Of a stretch of 64,000 nucleotides of DNA, positions 62,021 to 64,000 are shown piece by piece (the stretch's first letter is position 1; every line of letters starts with the position of its first letter). The stretch lies in the NCBI GenBank assembly GCA_051294375.1, contig CM119265.1, positions 2,703,292-2,767,291 of the forward strand, read 5' to 3'. A model generated the notes under the pieces. It was not told the origin of the DNA. It worked only from the letters and a program-made list of their open reading frames with translations, and searched no databases. The DNA comes from Paraspadella gotoi. Lineage: Eukaryota; Animalia; Chaetognatha. A program made the translations under genes and the position numbers.

Positions 62021-63261
62021 TCGTTTTTCTGAGAGTAAAAAAGACAAATAAAAGAAATAAAAGAAGGCAAAAATGTTACACATGGTCTTACCATTGGGAA
62101 ATTTTTTCCAATTTTCTTTCCATCCAGCTTGTAATTTATTTCTTATTGCCTATTAAATTAAGATTATAGCTTTCTCATTAAAAAGTTATTTTGAGTTCCC
62201 ATTTTTAATTAGAGATTAAAAAATTTTTTTTGGAATTTCCATCTTCAAATATTATATACTGCAATTAGTTGTAAATTAGATTTAAGAGGATTCTATATAC
62301 TAATTTGGATATGATAATGAAGTACTATAATCTCATTTGCATATTGCGTAAATCGATTAATGAAGTGGAATCAAACAAAAAATACTTAAATCCAAATGTA
62401 ATTAAGAAAATATTCAAAAGCTATTTCAAGATGAAGAAGCCATATCAAATTTTTTAACTTCACTATGGAATGCACACTTTCGTAAACTTTATCATAATTC
62501 ATAAAATATTTTTAATTTTAACAAGAAAAAAACGGTAAGTCACAGCAAACCTATAAAAGCGTAGTAGTTTTTATTTAAAAACAGCGTGACGGCCGACGAC
62601 GACGACGACGACGACGAGGACGACGACTACGTCACAAAGAAGCTCACCCGAATCAATATCAAGCCTGAACCGGCTTCGCCGGTCATGGCTTGATAAAAAA
62701 AAAGTCACGTTTGCGAAACTGGTTTTTGGGTCATTGAATCGAGGTGACAAAAACGTGACTGGAACGCAAGGTTCAATGCGATTTAAGGGGAGTGTAGAAA
62801 TATCGCTAATAGTTCTCTCTTTTAAGGTCAAATTGCTAGGCCTTTGAACATGTCCTTTTTTTAGTGATTACAGCCGCATTTTTTAAAGGTTAATTTTTGA
62901 TCTGGTACTAAGAGTCTGCCCGTCTGAAACTTATTTCTACGGGTTTTTGGAATACAATAAAATATTAAACGTTTCAGAAACTCTCTGTCGTTATTTTTTG
63001 GACGGGTGACGCCTCGATCTCGCGACCCCGTAGGCATTAAGTCTAATGAAACTTGGTAGTTTTGGACGAGGATGAGGATAAGATTAGAATGAAGTCGAGT
63101 AATAATGAAAGTAAAGATAAGGATGCAGTCGACTTGATGTAGTGAATTAAATGAGCTCAATTTTTGCTGCTGAAGAAATGAGAAAAAAAAAAGAAGAAGA
63201 GATGAGAAATTCTCAACCGAGGCGTCAAAATGCGAAAACATATCTATCTCTCCCTCTCCCT

Positions 63262-63373
63262 CTCTCTCTCTCTCTCTCACCTGAAACAGCATATTCTGCC
63301 CTCACAACTTCGCCCTCTTTCCCCAAATCTTCACGTCTTCCCTTCATCACCAGAAACGCACTCTCTCTCTCTC

Positions 63374-63423
<50 letters not shown>

Positions 63424-63502
63424 TCACCTGGCACAGCATATTCTGCCCTCACAACCTCCGCCCTCTTTCCCCATATCTTCAGTCTCCCTCATCACCAGAA
63501 CG

Positions 63503-63540
<38 letters not shown>

Positions 63541-63629
63541 ACCTGGCACAGCATATTCTGCCCTCACAACCTCCGCCCTCTTTCCCCAAATCTTCACGTC
63601 TCCCTTCGTCGCCCTCGCGATTTCCTTCT
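63262..63629 (+). repeat. Triplicated acceptor-plus-exon unit ending in a small hydrophobic exon (63552-63629)
   Basis: (TC)n-ttcacctggcacag|catattctgccctcacaacctccgccctctttcccca.atcttca x3. The third copy reads AYSALTTSALFPQIFTSPFVALAISF then |gtgagt. The parent gene was not identified. Confidence 0.7.
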
Positions 63630-64000
63630 GTGAGTCGGGCGAGTAATTGACGAGGATGGAGAAAGAGTCCGAGAGAATGAGGAAGAGGGAAGGGAAGAGG
63701 CCGAGCTGGAATGGGAATCGATCGATCAATCAATCAATTCATCGATAGATCAATCAGTTAAATAAACAATCGATTTATTAATAATATTCATTCAATAGAT
63801 TATTAATATATAATTTTTCAATCAATCAATCAATGCTTCGATCTATCAATCAATTAAATCAATATATATATATAATTTGTAATCAATCAGTCAATCAATC
63901 AAAAATTTTATCAATCAATATTTCAACGAAATCAATCAATCTATCACTTAATTCAACTGATCAATTTATTAAAAAAAGCAATCAATCAATCAATTAACTC

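Noticed and set aside
62290-62693. Possible small plus-strand gene ending VTADDDDDDDEDDDYVTKK..
   Set aside because: The gtaagt..acag intron at ~62535-62584 is plausible, but the upstream frame is ambiguous.

Overview
AT-rich, microsatellite-dense, intron-containing animal (invertebrate-like) genomic DNA from a gapped draft assembly. The supplied ORF track is mostly noise, so the genes were rebuilt by hand from GT-AG exons and reading-phase continuity. (1) A divergent anoctamin/TMEM16 gene (+, 109-7740, probable last exon at 12032) whose canonical Ca2+-ligand residues appear to be replaced. (2) A six-exon insulin-like peptide precursor (-, 15056-19863, 221 aa) with a long pre-B pro-region. 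(3) A cluster of small 3CxxC zinc-finger genes resembling the ZCCHC24/ZAR1 C-terminal domain (-, 22.1-23.0, 24.6-25.4 and 45.2-47.2 kb) flanking RRM-encoding exons (+, 27.6 and 43.5 kb). (4) A frameshifted ZDHHC17/13-like ankyrin region. (5) A degenerate tRNA-Cys(GCA). (6) A five-exon orphan secreted protein (-, 58065-60164) with two related tRNA-headed Pol III-like small RNA genes, one inside its first intron. A recurring pattern is intronic tandem repeats copied from the adjacent splice junction. The 30.1-43.0 kb block looks like unpolished long-read fill, and segments next to 25-N gaps appear mis-oriented or scrambled. All family assignments come from motif recognition by eye; no database search was run.
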